The position numbers were made by a program, and so were the translations under genes. Shown one piece after another: positions 9,426 to 17,517 of a stretch of DNA of 64,000 bases. The stretch's first letter is position 1. The number at the start of each line of letters is the position of its first letter. The stretch lies in assembly GCF_040111675.1 (NCBI RefSeq), contig NZ_CP157794.1:4694444-4758443 (forward strand), given 5' to 3'. This stretch comes from Salinarimonas sp. Its GTDB lineage: Bacteria; Pseudomonadota; Alphaproteobacteria; Rhizobiales; Beijerinckiaceae. Below the pieces are notes generated by a model, which worked only from the letters and a program-made list of their open reading frames with translations, made no database searches and was not told the origin of the DNA.

Positions 9426-9647
9426 CGCCGTCCATCCTGAAGCGTCGTTGTCGTCGTGGCTGGCTGGCGGGCCGGCGCGAGACGGGTCGCGGGTCGGGCT
9501 GGCTGGCTGGTGCGCGCCGTTCTCTCGGCGAACGCTTGACGTCGTCTATGACAACCGCCAAGTAACGTCAATCCAAAACTCGAAAATATCCTCTTTTGAA
9601 AAATTCGAATGAGGATACACACACGATTACTCTGGAGTTCACAGTAG
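9426..9647. promoter_or_regulatory. divergent hmuR / hemP-hmuTUV control region
   Basis: An AT-rich island (about 9560-9640) sits in a very GC-rich context. It contains the ATTCGAAT palindrome (9603-9610), TCCAAAACTCGAAAATAT (9572-9589) and an AGAGTAAT core (minus strand, 9626-9633). Confidence 0.5.
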
Positions 9648-9818
9648 ATGGGTTCGAAAGAAGAGCCGAAGGCGGCCGGCGCGCCGGGCCCGGACGGGCC
9701 GCCTGTGATCGAGGTGCGCGCCCTCGTCGGCGAGGGCCGCGAGGCGGTCATCCGCCACAACGGCGAGAGCTACCGGCTGCGCATCACCGCCGCGAACAAG
9801 CTGATCCTCACCAAGTGA
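9648..9818 (+). CDS. hemP: hemin uptake protein HemP (56 aa)
   Basis: Below the 60-aa cutoff of the ORF track. Sequence: MGSKEEPKAAGAPGPDGPPVIEVRALVGEGREAVIRHNGESYRLRITAANKLILTK. The C-terminal Y-x-L-R-x-T-x-x-x-K-L-I-L-T-K is the HemP signature. It lies directly upstream of hmuT. Confidence 0.8.
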   Translation: MGSKEEPKAAGAPGPDGPPVIEVRALVGEGREAVIRHNGESYRLRITAANKLILTK

Positions 9819-9838
9819 GCCGAGCCAAGGACCGCACC

Positions 9839-10714
9839 ATGCATCGCATCCTCGCCGTCGCCGCCCTCGTCGCCTCTCTCGCGACGAGCCTCGCCACGCC
9901 GGCCGTCGCGTCGGAGCGCCTCGTCTCCGCCGGCGGCGTCGTCACCGAGATCCTCTACGCGCTCGGCGTCGAGGACCGCATCGTCGGCGTCGACACGACG
10001 AGCCTCTATCCGCCGCAGGCGCTGGAGGACCATCCGGACGTCGGCTACGTCCGCGCCCTCTCGGCCGAGGGCGTGCTCTCGCTCGGGCCCGACCGGGTGA
10101 TCGCGGTCGACGCCGCCGGTCCGCCGGACGCGCTGGCCCTGATCCGCCAGGCGGGCGTGCCCGTCGAGATCGTCGGCGAGGAACCGAGCGAGGCCGGCGT
10201 GCTGGCGCGCATCCGCGCGATCGGCGCGCTCGTCGGCGAGGAGGCGCGCGCCGAGGCGCTGGCCGAGGAGGTCGCCGCCGGCTTCGCCGATCTCGCCGCC
10301 GCGCGCGAGGCGGTCGACGCGCCGGTGCGGGTGCTGTTCGTGCTCTCGCTGCAGAACGGCCGCGCCATGGTCGGCGGCGCGGGCACCTCGGCGGACGCGA
10401 TCATCCGCCTCGCGGGCGCGGTCAACGCGGCGGCCGGGATCGAGGGCTACAAGCCCGTCACCGACGAGGCGATCATCGCGGCCGCGCCCGACGTGGTGCT
10501 CTCGATCTCGCGGGGCGACCACGCGCTTTCGGCAAAGGACGTGTTCTCGCTGCCCGCCTTCGCGCTCACGCCCGCGGCCGACGACGAGAGGCTGGTGAGC
10601 ATGGACGGGCTGGCGCTGCTGGGCTTCGGCCCGCGCACGCCGATGGCGGCGCATGACCTGATCCGCGCGCTCTACCCGCAGGTCGACGAGATCCGCGCCG
10701 AGGCGGCGCGATGA
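9839..10714 (+). CDS. hmuT: hemin ABC transporter substrate-binding protein
   Basis: ATG 9839 within ORF 9596-10714. It has a signal peptide and the cluster-A (BtuF/HmuT) binding-protein pattern. Confidence 0.9.
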   Translation: MHRILAVAALVASLATSLATPAVASERLVSAGGVVTEILYALGVEDRIVGVDTTSLYPPQALEDHPDVGYVRALSAEGVLSLGPDRVIAVDAAGPPDALALIRQAGVPVEIVGEEPSEAGVLARIRAIGALVGEEARAEALAEEVAAGFADLAAAREAVDAPVRVLFVLSLQNGRAMVGGAGTSADAIIRLAGAVNAAAGIEGYKPVTDEAIIAAAPDVVLSISRGDHALSAKDVFSLPAFALTPAADDERLVSMDGLALLGFGPRTPMAAHDLIRALYPQVDEIRAEAAR

Positions 10715-11796
10715 GCGCGGGCGTGGCGGGGAGCATTGCGAGCACGACCGCCATCGCCGCCCGGCGACGGCGCGCCCGCGTCGGGCTCGTCCTCCTCGCG
10801 GGACTGGCGCTCGCCGTCTCGGTGCTCGCGCTCGGCGCGGGGGCGGTGGCGATTCCGCCGGGCCGTGTCGTCGCGATCCTCTGGGAGGCCGCGACCGGCG
10901 CCGGCGGCGAGGCGCGCGACGCCCTCGTCGTCACCGGCATCCGGCTGCCGCGGCTCCTCGCCGGGCTCCTCGTCGGCGCGGCCTTGGCGGTGGCGGGCGC
11001 GCTGATGCAGGGGCTCTTCCGCAACCCGCTCGCCGATCCGGGCCTCGTCGGCGTCTCCTCGGGCGCGGGCCTCGCGGCGGGCGTGACGATCGTCCTCGGC
11101 GAGCGGCTCGTGCCCGCCTCGCTCGGGCTCGACCCGTTCGTGCTCCTGCCCTTCGGCGCCTTTCTGGGCGGGCTCGCGACGACGCTCGTGCTCTACGCCG
11201 TCTCCACCCGCGGCGGGCGCACGTCGATCGCGACGATGCTGCTCGCCGGCATCGCGCTCGGCGCGCTGGCGGGGGCGCTGTCGGGCTTCCTCGCCTTCCT
11301 GAGCGACGACCGGCAGCTGCGCGACCTCACCTTCTGGTCGCTCGGCTCGCTGGGCGGCGCCACCTGGGGCGAGCTCGCCGTCGTCGCGCCGATCCTCGGG
11401 GCGGTGCTCCTCGCGACGCCCGTCCTCGCGCGGGCGCTGAACGCGCTCTCGCTCGGCGAGGCGGAAGCCTACCATCTGGGCGTCTCGGTCGAGCGGGCCA
11501 AGACCGCGATCATCGTCCTCGTCGCCGCCGCGGTGGGGGCGAGCGTCGCGGCGGCGGGCGTGATCGGCTTCGTCGGCATCGTCGTGCCGCATCTGCTGCG
11601 CCTCGCCATCGGGCCCGACCACCGCACCCTGCTGCCGGCCTGCGCCCTGCTCGGCGCGGCGCTGCTGGTCGGCGCCGACGTGTTCGCGCGCACGATCGTC
11701 GCGCCGGCGGAGCTGCCGATCGGCATCGTCACGGCCGCGATCGGGGCGCCGTTCTTCCTGTGGCTACTCCTGCGCAAGCGAGGCATGTTCCCATGA
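10711..11796 (+). CDS. hmuU: hemin ABC transporter permease (FecCD family)
   Basis: 361-aa ORF with an ATGA overlap with hmuT and the FecCD pattern (GIVVPHLLRLAIGPDHRTLLP). Confidence 0.9.
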   Translation: MSAGVAGSIASTTAIAARRRRARVGLVLLAGLALAVSVLALGAGAVAIPPGRVVAILWEAATGAGGEARDALVVTGIRLPRLLAGLLVGAALAVAGALMQGLFRNPLADPGLVGVSSGAGLAAGVTIVLGERLVPASLGLDPFVLLPFGAFLGGLATTLVLYAVSTRGGRTSIATMLLAGIALGALAGALSGFLAFLSDDRQLRDLTFWSLGSLGGATWGELAVVAPILGAVLLATPVLARALNALSLGEAEAYHLGVSVERAKTAIIVLVAAAVGASVAAAGVIGFVGIVVPHLLRLAIGPDHRTLLPACALLGAALLVGADVFARTIVAPAELPIGIVTAAIGAPFFLWLLLRKRGMFP

Positions 11797-12626
11797 TCCC
11801 GCTCCTCGAGGCCCGTGGCGTCGCGGCGATCGTCGACGGCCGCACCCTCCTCCACCCGATCGACCTCGCCGTCGGGGCCGGCGAGACCGTCGTGATCGTC
11901 GGGCCGAACGGCGCCGGCAAGTCGACGCTGCTCGCCCTCCTCTCCGGCGAGCGGGCGCCGAGCGCCGGCCGCGTGCTCTACGACGGCCGCGACGCGCGCG
12001 CCTGGCCGGCCTGGCGGCTCGCGGCGAAGCGCGCGGTGATGGCGCAGTCGCAGGCCCTCGCCTTCCCCTTCACCGTGGCGGAGCTCGTCGGCATCGGCCT
12101 CGACGGCGCCGGCGGGCGCATCGCGGGGGCGGATCGCGACGCGCGCGTGGCGGCTGCGCTGGCGCGGGCGGACGTGCTCCACCTCGCCGCGCGCGACGTG
12201 CAGACGCTGTCGGGCGGCGAGCGCCAGCGCGCGCAGTTCGCCCGTGCGCTCGCCCAGCTCGAGGCCGGGCGCGCCGCCGGGGTCGGCGCGCAGGTGGCGC
12301 TCCTCGACGAGCCGGTGGCGAGCCTCGACCTGAGCCACCAGCTCGCCCTGCTGGAGGCGGCGCGCGGCCTCGCCGAGGCGGGGCTCGCCGTCGTGATCGT
12401 GCTGCACGACCTCAACCTCGCGGCGCTCTACGCCGACCGCATCCTCGCCCTGCGCGACGGCCGCCTCGCGGCGGCGGGTCCGCCGGGCGAGATGCTGAAC
12501 GACGCTTTCCTTCGGCGCGTCTTCGACGTCGCCCTGCCGGTCCGGCGACGCGACGGGGGCGGCGCGCCATTCGTCCTGCCGGAGCGGCCGGGGCGCGACG
12601 GCGAGACGCGGTTTCCCACGTCCTGA
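11793..12626 (+). CDS. hmuV: hemin ABC transporter ATP-binding protein
   Basis: I prefer ATG 11793, which forms an ATGA overlap with the hmuU stop. Walker A GPNGAGKST, signature LSGGERQR and Walker B LLDEP are present. Confidence 0.9.
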   Translation: MIPLLEARGVAAIVDGRTLLHPIDLAVGAGETVVIVGPNGAGKSTLLALLSGERAPSAGRVLYDGRDARAWPAWRLAAKRAVMAQSQALAFPFTVAELVGIGLDGAGGRIAGADRDARVAAALARADVLHLAARDVQTLSGGERQRAQFARALAQLEAGRAAGVGAQVALLDEPVASLDLSHQLALLEAARGLAEAGLAVVIVLHDLNLAALYADRILALRDGRLAAAGPPGEMLNDAFLRRVFDVALPVRRRDGGGAPFVLPERPGRDGETRFPTS

Positions 12627-12691
12627 GCAAGTCTATTTTCGAACGGCTGCAGCCTAATGCGTGCCCCGTACCAGCATTCTTCCTTCACCCG

Positions 12692-12710
12692 ATTCCAATC
12701 TAGAGTAATT
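12692..12710 (+). repeat. 19-nt AT-rich motif ATTCCAATCTAGAGTAATT (copy 1)
   Basis: 17/19 identical to 23191-23209. It lies 130 nt upstream of the pseudoazurin start. Confidence 0.5.
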
Positions 12711-12839
12711 GCGACGTTCCGCCCCAGTGAAGGGCTTGACCTTCAATCTAGTTCACTGGCAGCTTCGGCGTGACCGAAGGGTGCGTCACCCGTCGCCAGC
12801 ACACCGAATAACTACGGAACCGTTCGGAGGAATGAACAC

Positions 12840-13337
12840 ATGTCCCGTAACATCACGCGTCGCACCGCGCTCGGCCTCGTCTCGGCCGCCGCCCTCGCCC
12901 CGCTCGCGGCGCCCCGCATCGCCCGCGCGGCGACGACGCACGACGTCAAGATGCTCAACGTCCATCCCGACATGCCGCGCCTGCGCATGGTCTTCCTGCC
13001 GCGGCTCCTCGTCGTGCAGCCCGGCGACACGGTCCGCTTCCTGCCCACCGACCCCGGCCACAACAGCGCGTCGCTCGACGAGATGATCCCGGAGGGCGCC
13101 GAGGGCTGGAAGGGAGCCTTCAACAAGGAGGTCGCGGTCACGCTCGAGCGGCCCGGCTTCTACGGCTACGTCTGCACGCCGCACGTGGCGCTCGGCATGG
13201 TCGGCCTCGTCGTCGTGCAGGGCGACGGCATGATGGACAATTACGAGGCGGCGCGCGGCGTGGCCCATCGCGGCCGGGCCGCGGCCGTCTTCGACGAGAT
13301 CTGGGAGGAGGTCGCGGAGCAGGGCCTCGTGAGCTGA
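12840..13337 (+). CDS. pseudoazurin (type 1 blue copper protein), Tat-type signal
   Basis: 165-aa ORF with an RRTALG twin-arginine signal and the cupredoxin ligand pattern GHN...YVCTPHVALGM. An RBS (GGAGG) lies about 10 nt upstream. Confidence 0.85.
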   Translation: MSRNITRRTALGLVSAAALAPLAAPRIARAATTHDVKMLNVHPDMPRLRMVFLPRLLVVQPGDTVRFLPTDPGHNSASLDEMIPEGAEGWKGAFNKEVAVTLERPGFYGYVCTPHVALGMVGLVVVQGDGMMDNYEAARGVAHRGRAAAVFDEIWEEVAEQGLVS

Positions 13338-13392
13338 GACAGGCCGCTGCGCCGGATGCGCCGGCGCCCTGGCGAGGCGAGGAGCTCGCGTC

Positions 13393-14037
13393 ATGAGACG
13401 ATCTCACCGCAGATGCGCGCTCGCGCTCGCCGCGAGCCTGATCGCGGCGCCGGCCCTCGCCGCCCTCGGCGACGGCGCGGCGCCGGTCGGCTGCGAGAAG
13501 CTGCCGGAGCACGCCGTCCGGGCTGCGGCGGCCGGTAACGCGCAGGCGCAGGCCGTGGTCGGCGAGGTGCTCCTCGCCGGCTTCTGCGGCGCGACGCCCG
13601 CAATCTTCGCCGAGGGCGTCGATTGGCTCGAACGAGCGGCCGAGCAGGGCCACGCCGCCGCCGCGGCGCGACTCGCCCTCGCGCACGAGCGCGGCGAAGG
13701 CGTGCGCCCGGACGTGGAGCGCGCCGTCGCGCTCTATCGCCGCGCCGCCGCCGGCGGGCACCTCCCCGCCAAGCAGCGGCTCGGCCTCCTCCTCGTCTCG
13801 GCGGGCCAGGACGCTGCCCGGGCGGAGGGGCTCTACTGGCTCGGGACGGCCGCGAGCGGCGGCGACGGCGCGGCGGCGGCCGCGCTGGGCCTCATCCACG
13901 CCGAGGGACTGCACGGGGTCGAGCGCGACGTCTGCCTCGCGCTCGACTGGTTCGAGGCGAGCGCGCTGATCGGCGCCCCCGCGCCGCTGCGGCGCCTGCG
14001 CGCCGAGATCCCGCAGGACGCGGCGCGCGGCTGCTGA
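13393..14037 (+). CDS. secreted Sel1-like repeat (SLR/TPR-like) protein
   Basis: 214-aa ORF with a signal peptide and repeated A-x-x-W-(L/Y)-x-x-A-A-x-x-G-(H/D)-x-x-A modules (WLERAAEQGHAAAA, LYRRAAAGGHLPA, LYWLGTAASGGDGAAA). Confidence 0.75.
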   Translation: MRRSHRRCALALAASLIAAPALAALGDGAAPVGCEKLPEHAVRAAAAGNAQAQAVVGEVLLAGFCGATPAIFAEGVDWLERAAEQGHAAAAARLALAHERGEGVRPDVERAVALYRRAAAGGHLPAKQRLGLLLVSAGQDAARAEGLYWLGTAASGGDGAAAAALGLIHAEGLHGVERDVCLALDWFEASALIGAPAPLRRLRAEIPQDAARGC

Positions 14038-14090
14038 GCGTGACGCGGCGCACCGTGACCGGCCAAGGCCCGCAGCGCCGCGATTTCCCC

Positions 14091-15725
14091 TCAGTGCCGG
14101 GTCGCGTTCGCATACGCGCTCGGCGCCGCGTCCGCCTCGTCGCGCACACGCCGGCGATCGGCCGAGACGCGCGAGGCCTGCCGGTCGAGCGCGGCGGCGA
14201 GCGCGTGGGCGGCGATCTTCACCTGCGGCGCGTCGGGGCGGTCGACGAGCATGGCGGCGAAGCCGTCGAGAAGGTCGGCGTCCGCGCGGCGCGCCGCCTG
14301 GATCACGGCGAGGAGCTCCATCTCGTCCTCGCTGATCCGCAGGCAATGGGTTCCCATGAAGCGAAAGCGACGCCGCCGCTCGTTGCGGACCGCGAGGACG
14401 AGCGCGAGAACCCGGGCCAGCACCGCCGGGCCGTCGACCGGCCCCAGAACCTCGATCGAGGCCCGCAAGGCCGCGTCCCAGCGCTCCACGCGCCCGCTGA
14501 AATAGCCGTCCATGGCGAAGCGCACGAGCGCGATGGCGAGCGCCTCCAGCGGGTCGCGCGTCGCCCCGGCGAGGAGGGGCAGGCCCAGGCCTTCGCAGCC
14601 GCAGGCGGCCCGCTCCTTGGCGCGCGGCGTTTCGAGATCGGTCTCGGGTGCGGCTCCGCCGCGACGGCGCCGAAGATGCTTGATCGCGCTCATGACCGCG
14701 CCTCCCCCCGTGCGGGATCGGCGCGTCGCCGGATCCGGTCCAGGATCCCGGCCGCCAGGGCGCGCGGCGCCGCCGTCGGCGTCGTGATCGAGGAACAGCT
14801 CGGGCGCGTTCAGCTCGAGCCCGAGCGCGACGAGCCGGCCCGCGCGCCCGACGCCGTCGACGCGGGCATAGAGCGGGCGCTCGGGAAGCGCGGCGACGAG
14901 CGCCTCCGCGTCGGCGATCATCGCGCGCGTCGGCGCATCGGCCCGCACGCGCGGCGAGGAGCGGCCGCCGTCGCGACGCGCGCGGGGCTCCGTGCGCACG
15001 GCGTGCACGTACCGGCCCTCCACGAGAATCAGCGACCATGCGCCGTCCGCGATCTCGGGACAGACTTCCTGCAGCAGGACCGGCCCCGCGTCCGCGAGCG
15101 GCGGCAGCGTTTCGAGCAGGCGATGCCGCTCGACCAGCGCGCCGTCATGGCCGCCGGCGGCGCGAAGCGGCTTCAGCACGGCCTCGCGCCAGCCGCGCTC
15201 GTCCATGGCGAGCGCGATCTCGACGGCGTCCGCCCGCTCCAGCCGCACGGTCCGCGCGCCGAGGCCCGGGAGAGCGACGAGGTGGCGCTCGTCGAGCGCC
15301 TCGCGGACCAAGGTCGCGGAATTGAGGAGCGGGACGTCCAGCGCGCTGCACAGGTCGAGCCAGTCGCGATAGGCGTCCGCGCGGCGGCGGCCGTTCCGGC
15401 ACGAGCGGATGATCGCCGCGTCGCACCGCGGCACGTCGCAGCCCCAGGCCGACGCGCTCTGCCAGGAGACCGGTCGAACGGCGGCGCAGCGCTGCTCCAG
15501 AGCCGCGGCGAGAACGAGATCCGAGGCCGACGGCGCCGTCGCCTCGTCGTCGGTAACCAGCCAGACCATTGCCGGCCTCGCCATGTGCAGAACGGCGGGA
15601 AAGCGCGCCGGCACGTGGCTGCGCCGCGACGCCGCGAGACCGAGGCAGCGATCGAGCGGAGCGTTTGCGCCGCGCGGGAGCGGCGCAGGGGTCTGCGATG
15701 GCGAGATGGCCGCCTGGCTGGTCAT
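14091..15725 (-). CDS. ATP-grasp-like protein continuous in frame with a 200-aa C-terminal unknown domain. This may really be two genes separated by a frameshift.
   Basis: Real part of the 966-aa ORF 14091-16991. Start is ATG 15725 after GAGGAGAGGG. The N-terminal ~340 aa has an ATP-grasp/RimK-like pattern (...LVALGLELNAPELFLD). An internal ATG at 14693 has its own GGGGGAGG RBS (see findings). Confidence 0.55.
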   Translation of the reverse strand: MTSQAAISPSQTPAPLPRGANAPLDRCLGLAASRRSHVPARFPAVLHMARPAMVWLVTDDEATAPSASDLVLAAALEQRCAAVRPVSWQSASAWGCDVPRCDAAIIRSCRNGRRRADAYRDWLDLCSALDVPLLNSATLVREALDERHLVALPGLGARTVRLERADAVEIALAMDERGWREAVLKPLRAAGGHDGALVERHRLLETLPPLADAGPVLLQEVCPEIADGAWSLILVEGRYVHAVRTEPRARRDGGRSSPRVRADAPTRAMIADAEALVAALPERPLYARVDGVGRAGRLVALGLELNAPELFLDHDADGGAARPGGRDPGPDPATRRSRTGGGAVMSAIKHLRRRRGGAAPETDLETPRAKERAACGCEGLGLPLLAGATRDPLEALAIALVRFAMDGYFSGRVERWDAALRASIEVLGPVDGPAVLARVLALVLAVRNERRRRFRFMGTHCLRISEDEMELLAVIQAARRADADLLDGFAAMLVDRPDAPQVKIAAHALAAALDRQASRVSADRRRVRDEADAAPSAYANATRH

Positions 15726-15818
15726 GGAGCCCTCTCCTCTGTCGAGGCGTTGGAAGACGAGCCGATATACAAGATAATCATAGTATAGATCAAGCGATTT
15801 GTAGTATCCACTTTGGAA

Positions 15819-15834
15819 CTCGAATAATTTCGAG
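15819..15834. promoter_or_regulatory. perfect 16-bp palindrome CTCGAATAATTTCGAG in the AT-rich promoter island upstream of the ATP-grasp ORF
   Basis: Read directly from the sequence. It lies 94-109 nt upstream of ATG 15725 (minus-strand gene). Confidence 0.35.
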
Positions 15835-15916
15835 TAAAAGAACCATCCTCGCCGATTTGCATGCCACCGAACTCCCGGCTCGCGGGATGGGGCGGACGGC
15901 CGAGCGCGCACGGCAG

Positions 15917-15942
15917 GCGCACCCGCGGCGGCGCGCGGGTGC
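15917..15942 (-). terminator. GC hairpin downstream of tctC
   Basis: GCGCACCCGCG (15917-15927) pairs with CGCGGGTGCGC (15932-15942), giving an 11-bp perfect stem and a 4-nt loop 10 nt after the tctC stop. There is no U-tract. Confidence 0.45.
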
Positions 15943-15952
15943 GCCGAGGGCG

Positions 15953-16930
15953 TCAGCCGCCCGCGCCGATCGCCTCGCGCACGAGTGGAATCCAGGTCTC
16001 CCGCTGCTCGGCGTAGAACGCGTCGATCTCGGCCGGAGTCTTCGGGGCGACGAGGTTGGCGCCGAGCGCGAGCAGCTGGTCGCGCACGGCGGGCGTCTCC
16101 ATCACCGCCGCGACCTCGGCGTTGAGGCGCTCGACGATGGCGTCCGGCGTGCCGGAGGGCGCGGCGACGGTATTCCAGGTCGCCGCCTCGAAGCCCGGAT
16201 AGCCGAGCTCGGCGACGGTGGGCACCTCCGGCAGCGCCGCGGAGCGCTCGGGCGAGGTGATGGCGAGCGGGCGCACCGCGCCGGCCTCGATCTGCGGGAT
16301 CGCGGTCACGGCGACGTCGAACATGTGCGAGAGGCGCCCGGCGACGATGTCGCGCCGCGCCTCCGAGCCCGCCTGGTAGGGCACGTGCTCGACCTCGACC
16401 CCGACCTCGTTCGCCCAGCGCAGGCCGGTGACGTGCGTCGTCGTGCCGACGGGCCCGGAGCCGTACTGGTAGGCGCCGGGATCGGCCTTCAGCAGGTCGA
16501 CGTACTCGGCCATGGTCTCGGCTTGGTTCTCTGGATTCACCACCAGGACGAGCGGGACGGTGTTGATCATGGCCACCCCGCGCAGCGTCTCCGACAGGTC
16601 GACCGGCATGTCCGGGAACAGCGCGATGTTGAAGACGAGCTGCGAGGACGTGCCGACGAGGAGCGTGTAGCCGTCGGGCTCGGCGTTGGAGACGAGCTCG
16701 GTCGCCACCATGCCGGAGCTCTGCGGCATCGCTTCGAGCACGATGCGCTGCCCGAGCCGCTTCTCCAGCTCGGCCGCGACGATCTGGGCGGAGACGTAGG
16801 CGTTGCCGCTCGCCGCCGAGGCCGTGATCAGCCGGATCGGCTGGGTCGGCCAGTCCTGCGCCTGCGCCGGCACGGACGCGAGCGCGGTCGCGCCGACGAG
16901 GACGCCGACGGAGAGAATATTCTTCCACAT
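15953..16930 (-). CDS. tctC: tripartite tricarboxylate transporter substrate-binding protein (Bug/TctC family)
   Basis: 325-aa ORF with a signal peptide and Bug-family pattern (WPTQPIRLI...GYTLLVGTSS...YQYGSGPVGTTTHV...). Confidence 0.9.
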   Translation of the reverse strand: MWKNILSVGVLVGATALASVPAQAQDWPTQPIRLITASAASGNAYVSAQIVAAELEKRLGQRIVLEAMPQSSGMVATELVSNAEPDGYTLLVGTSSQLVFNIALFPDMPVDLSETLRGVAMINTVPLVLVVNPENQAETMAEYVDLLKADPGAYQYGSGPVGTTTHVTGLRWANEVGVEVEHVPYQAGSEARRDIVAGRLSHMFDVAVTAIPQIEAGAVRPLAITSPERSAALPEVPTVAELGYPGFEAATWNTVAAPSGTPDAIVERLNAEVAAVMETPAVRDQLLALGANLVAPKTPAEIDAFYAEQRETWIPLVREAIGAGG

Positions 16931-16992
16931 GGTCTTTCCCTGGTCTAGAACAACGGTGTCGAAGAAATAGCCGTTTCTCGCTGAGAGGCAAT

Positions 16993-17517
16993 ATGAGTAA
17001 CGACCAAAAAGCGCATCGGCGAAGATTTCTAGTCTTACTTGGTTCTAAGTTGGATTACAGTATTTGCGTGGAGATATCCGTAGCGGCAACGGCCGCGGCC
17101 TTCGCCGTCGCCGCGAGCGCCCTGCCGGAGGGGCGGCCGGGCCGGCTCGGGCCGGCGGACGTGCCGCTGGCGCTGGCGGCGCTCGCCGGCCTCGCCAGCC
17201 TCGTCGGGCTCGCGACACGGCGGCGGCCCGTGACCTCGCCCAACGCCGAGGTCGACCCGTGCGCGGCTCTCGATCCCGTGCCGATGCGCACGGTCGTGCG
17301 CCTCCTCGCGGCGGTCGTCCTCCTGGCCGCGACGCTCGACCTCCTCGGCCTTCTCCTGTCCGGCACGCTCTGCGGCGCCCTCGCGGCGTCGGCCGTGGCG
17401 GGCTCGCGGCTTCCCGCAGCGCTGGCCGCCGGCGTCGCGACGACCTCCCTCGTCGCCGGCGTGTTCGTCGGCCTCGTCGGCCAGCCGCTCCCGCTCTGGC
17501 CGACGGCGCTGCGATGA
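16993..17517 (+). CDS. tctB: tripartite tricarboxylate transporter small membrane subunit (TctB family)
   Basis: ORF 16993-17517 is hydrophobic. The true start may be GTG 17068, because the first 25 codons lie in the AT-rich promoter island. An ATGA overlap links it to tctA. Confidence 0.7.
   Translation: MSNDQKAHRRRFLVLLGSKLDYSICVEISVAATAAAFAVAASALPEGRPGRLGPADVPLALAALAGLASLVGLATRRRPVTSPNAEVDPCAALDPVPMRTVVRLLAAVVLLAATLDLLGLLLSGTLCGALAASAVAGSRLPAALAAGVATTSLVAGVFVGLVGQPLPLWPTALR

Noticed and set aside
9540-9650. Irr ICE box, Fur box or EcfG (GGAAC-N16-17-CGTT) promoter in the hmu spacer and other AT-rich islands
   Set aside because: Best alignments to the consensus sequences as I recall them reach only about half of the positions. 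I report them as unassigned motifs instead.
13138-15788. Long ORFs 13138-15039 (minus, 633 aa) and 13623-15788 (plus, 721 aa)
   Set aside because: Both are Arg/Pro/Ala-rich and low in complexity. They overlap the Sel1 gene and the ATP-grasp ORF, which have normal protein composition and RBSs.
15722-15922. 66-aa minus-strand ORF spanning the AT-rich island at 15750-15850
   Set aside because: Its composition changes abruptly with the AT-rich DNA, it has no RBS, and it overlaps the promoter and terminator elements.
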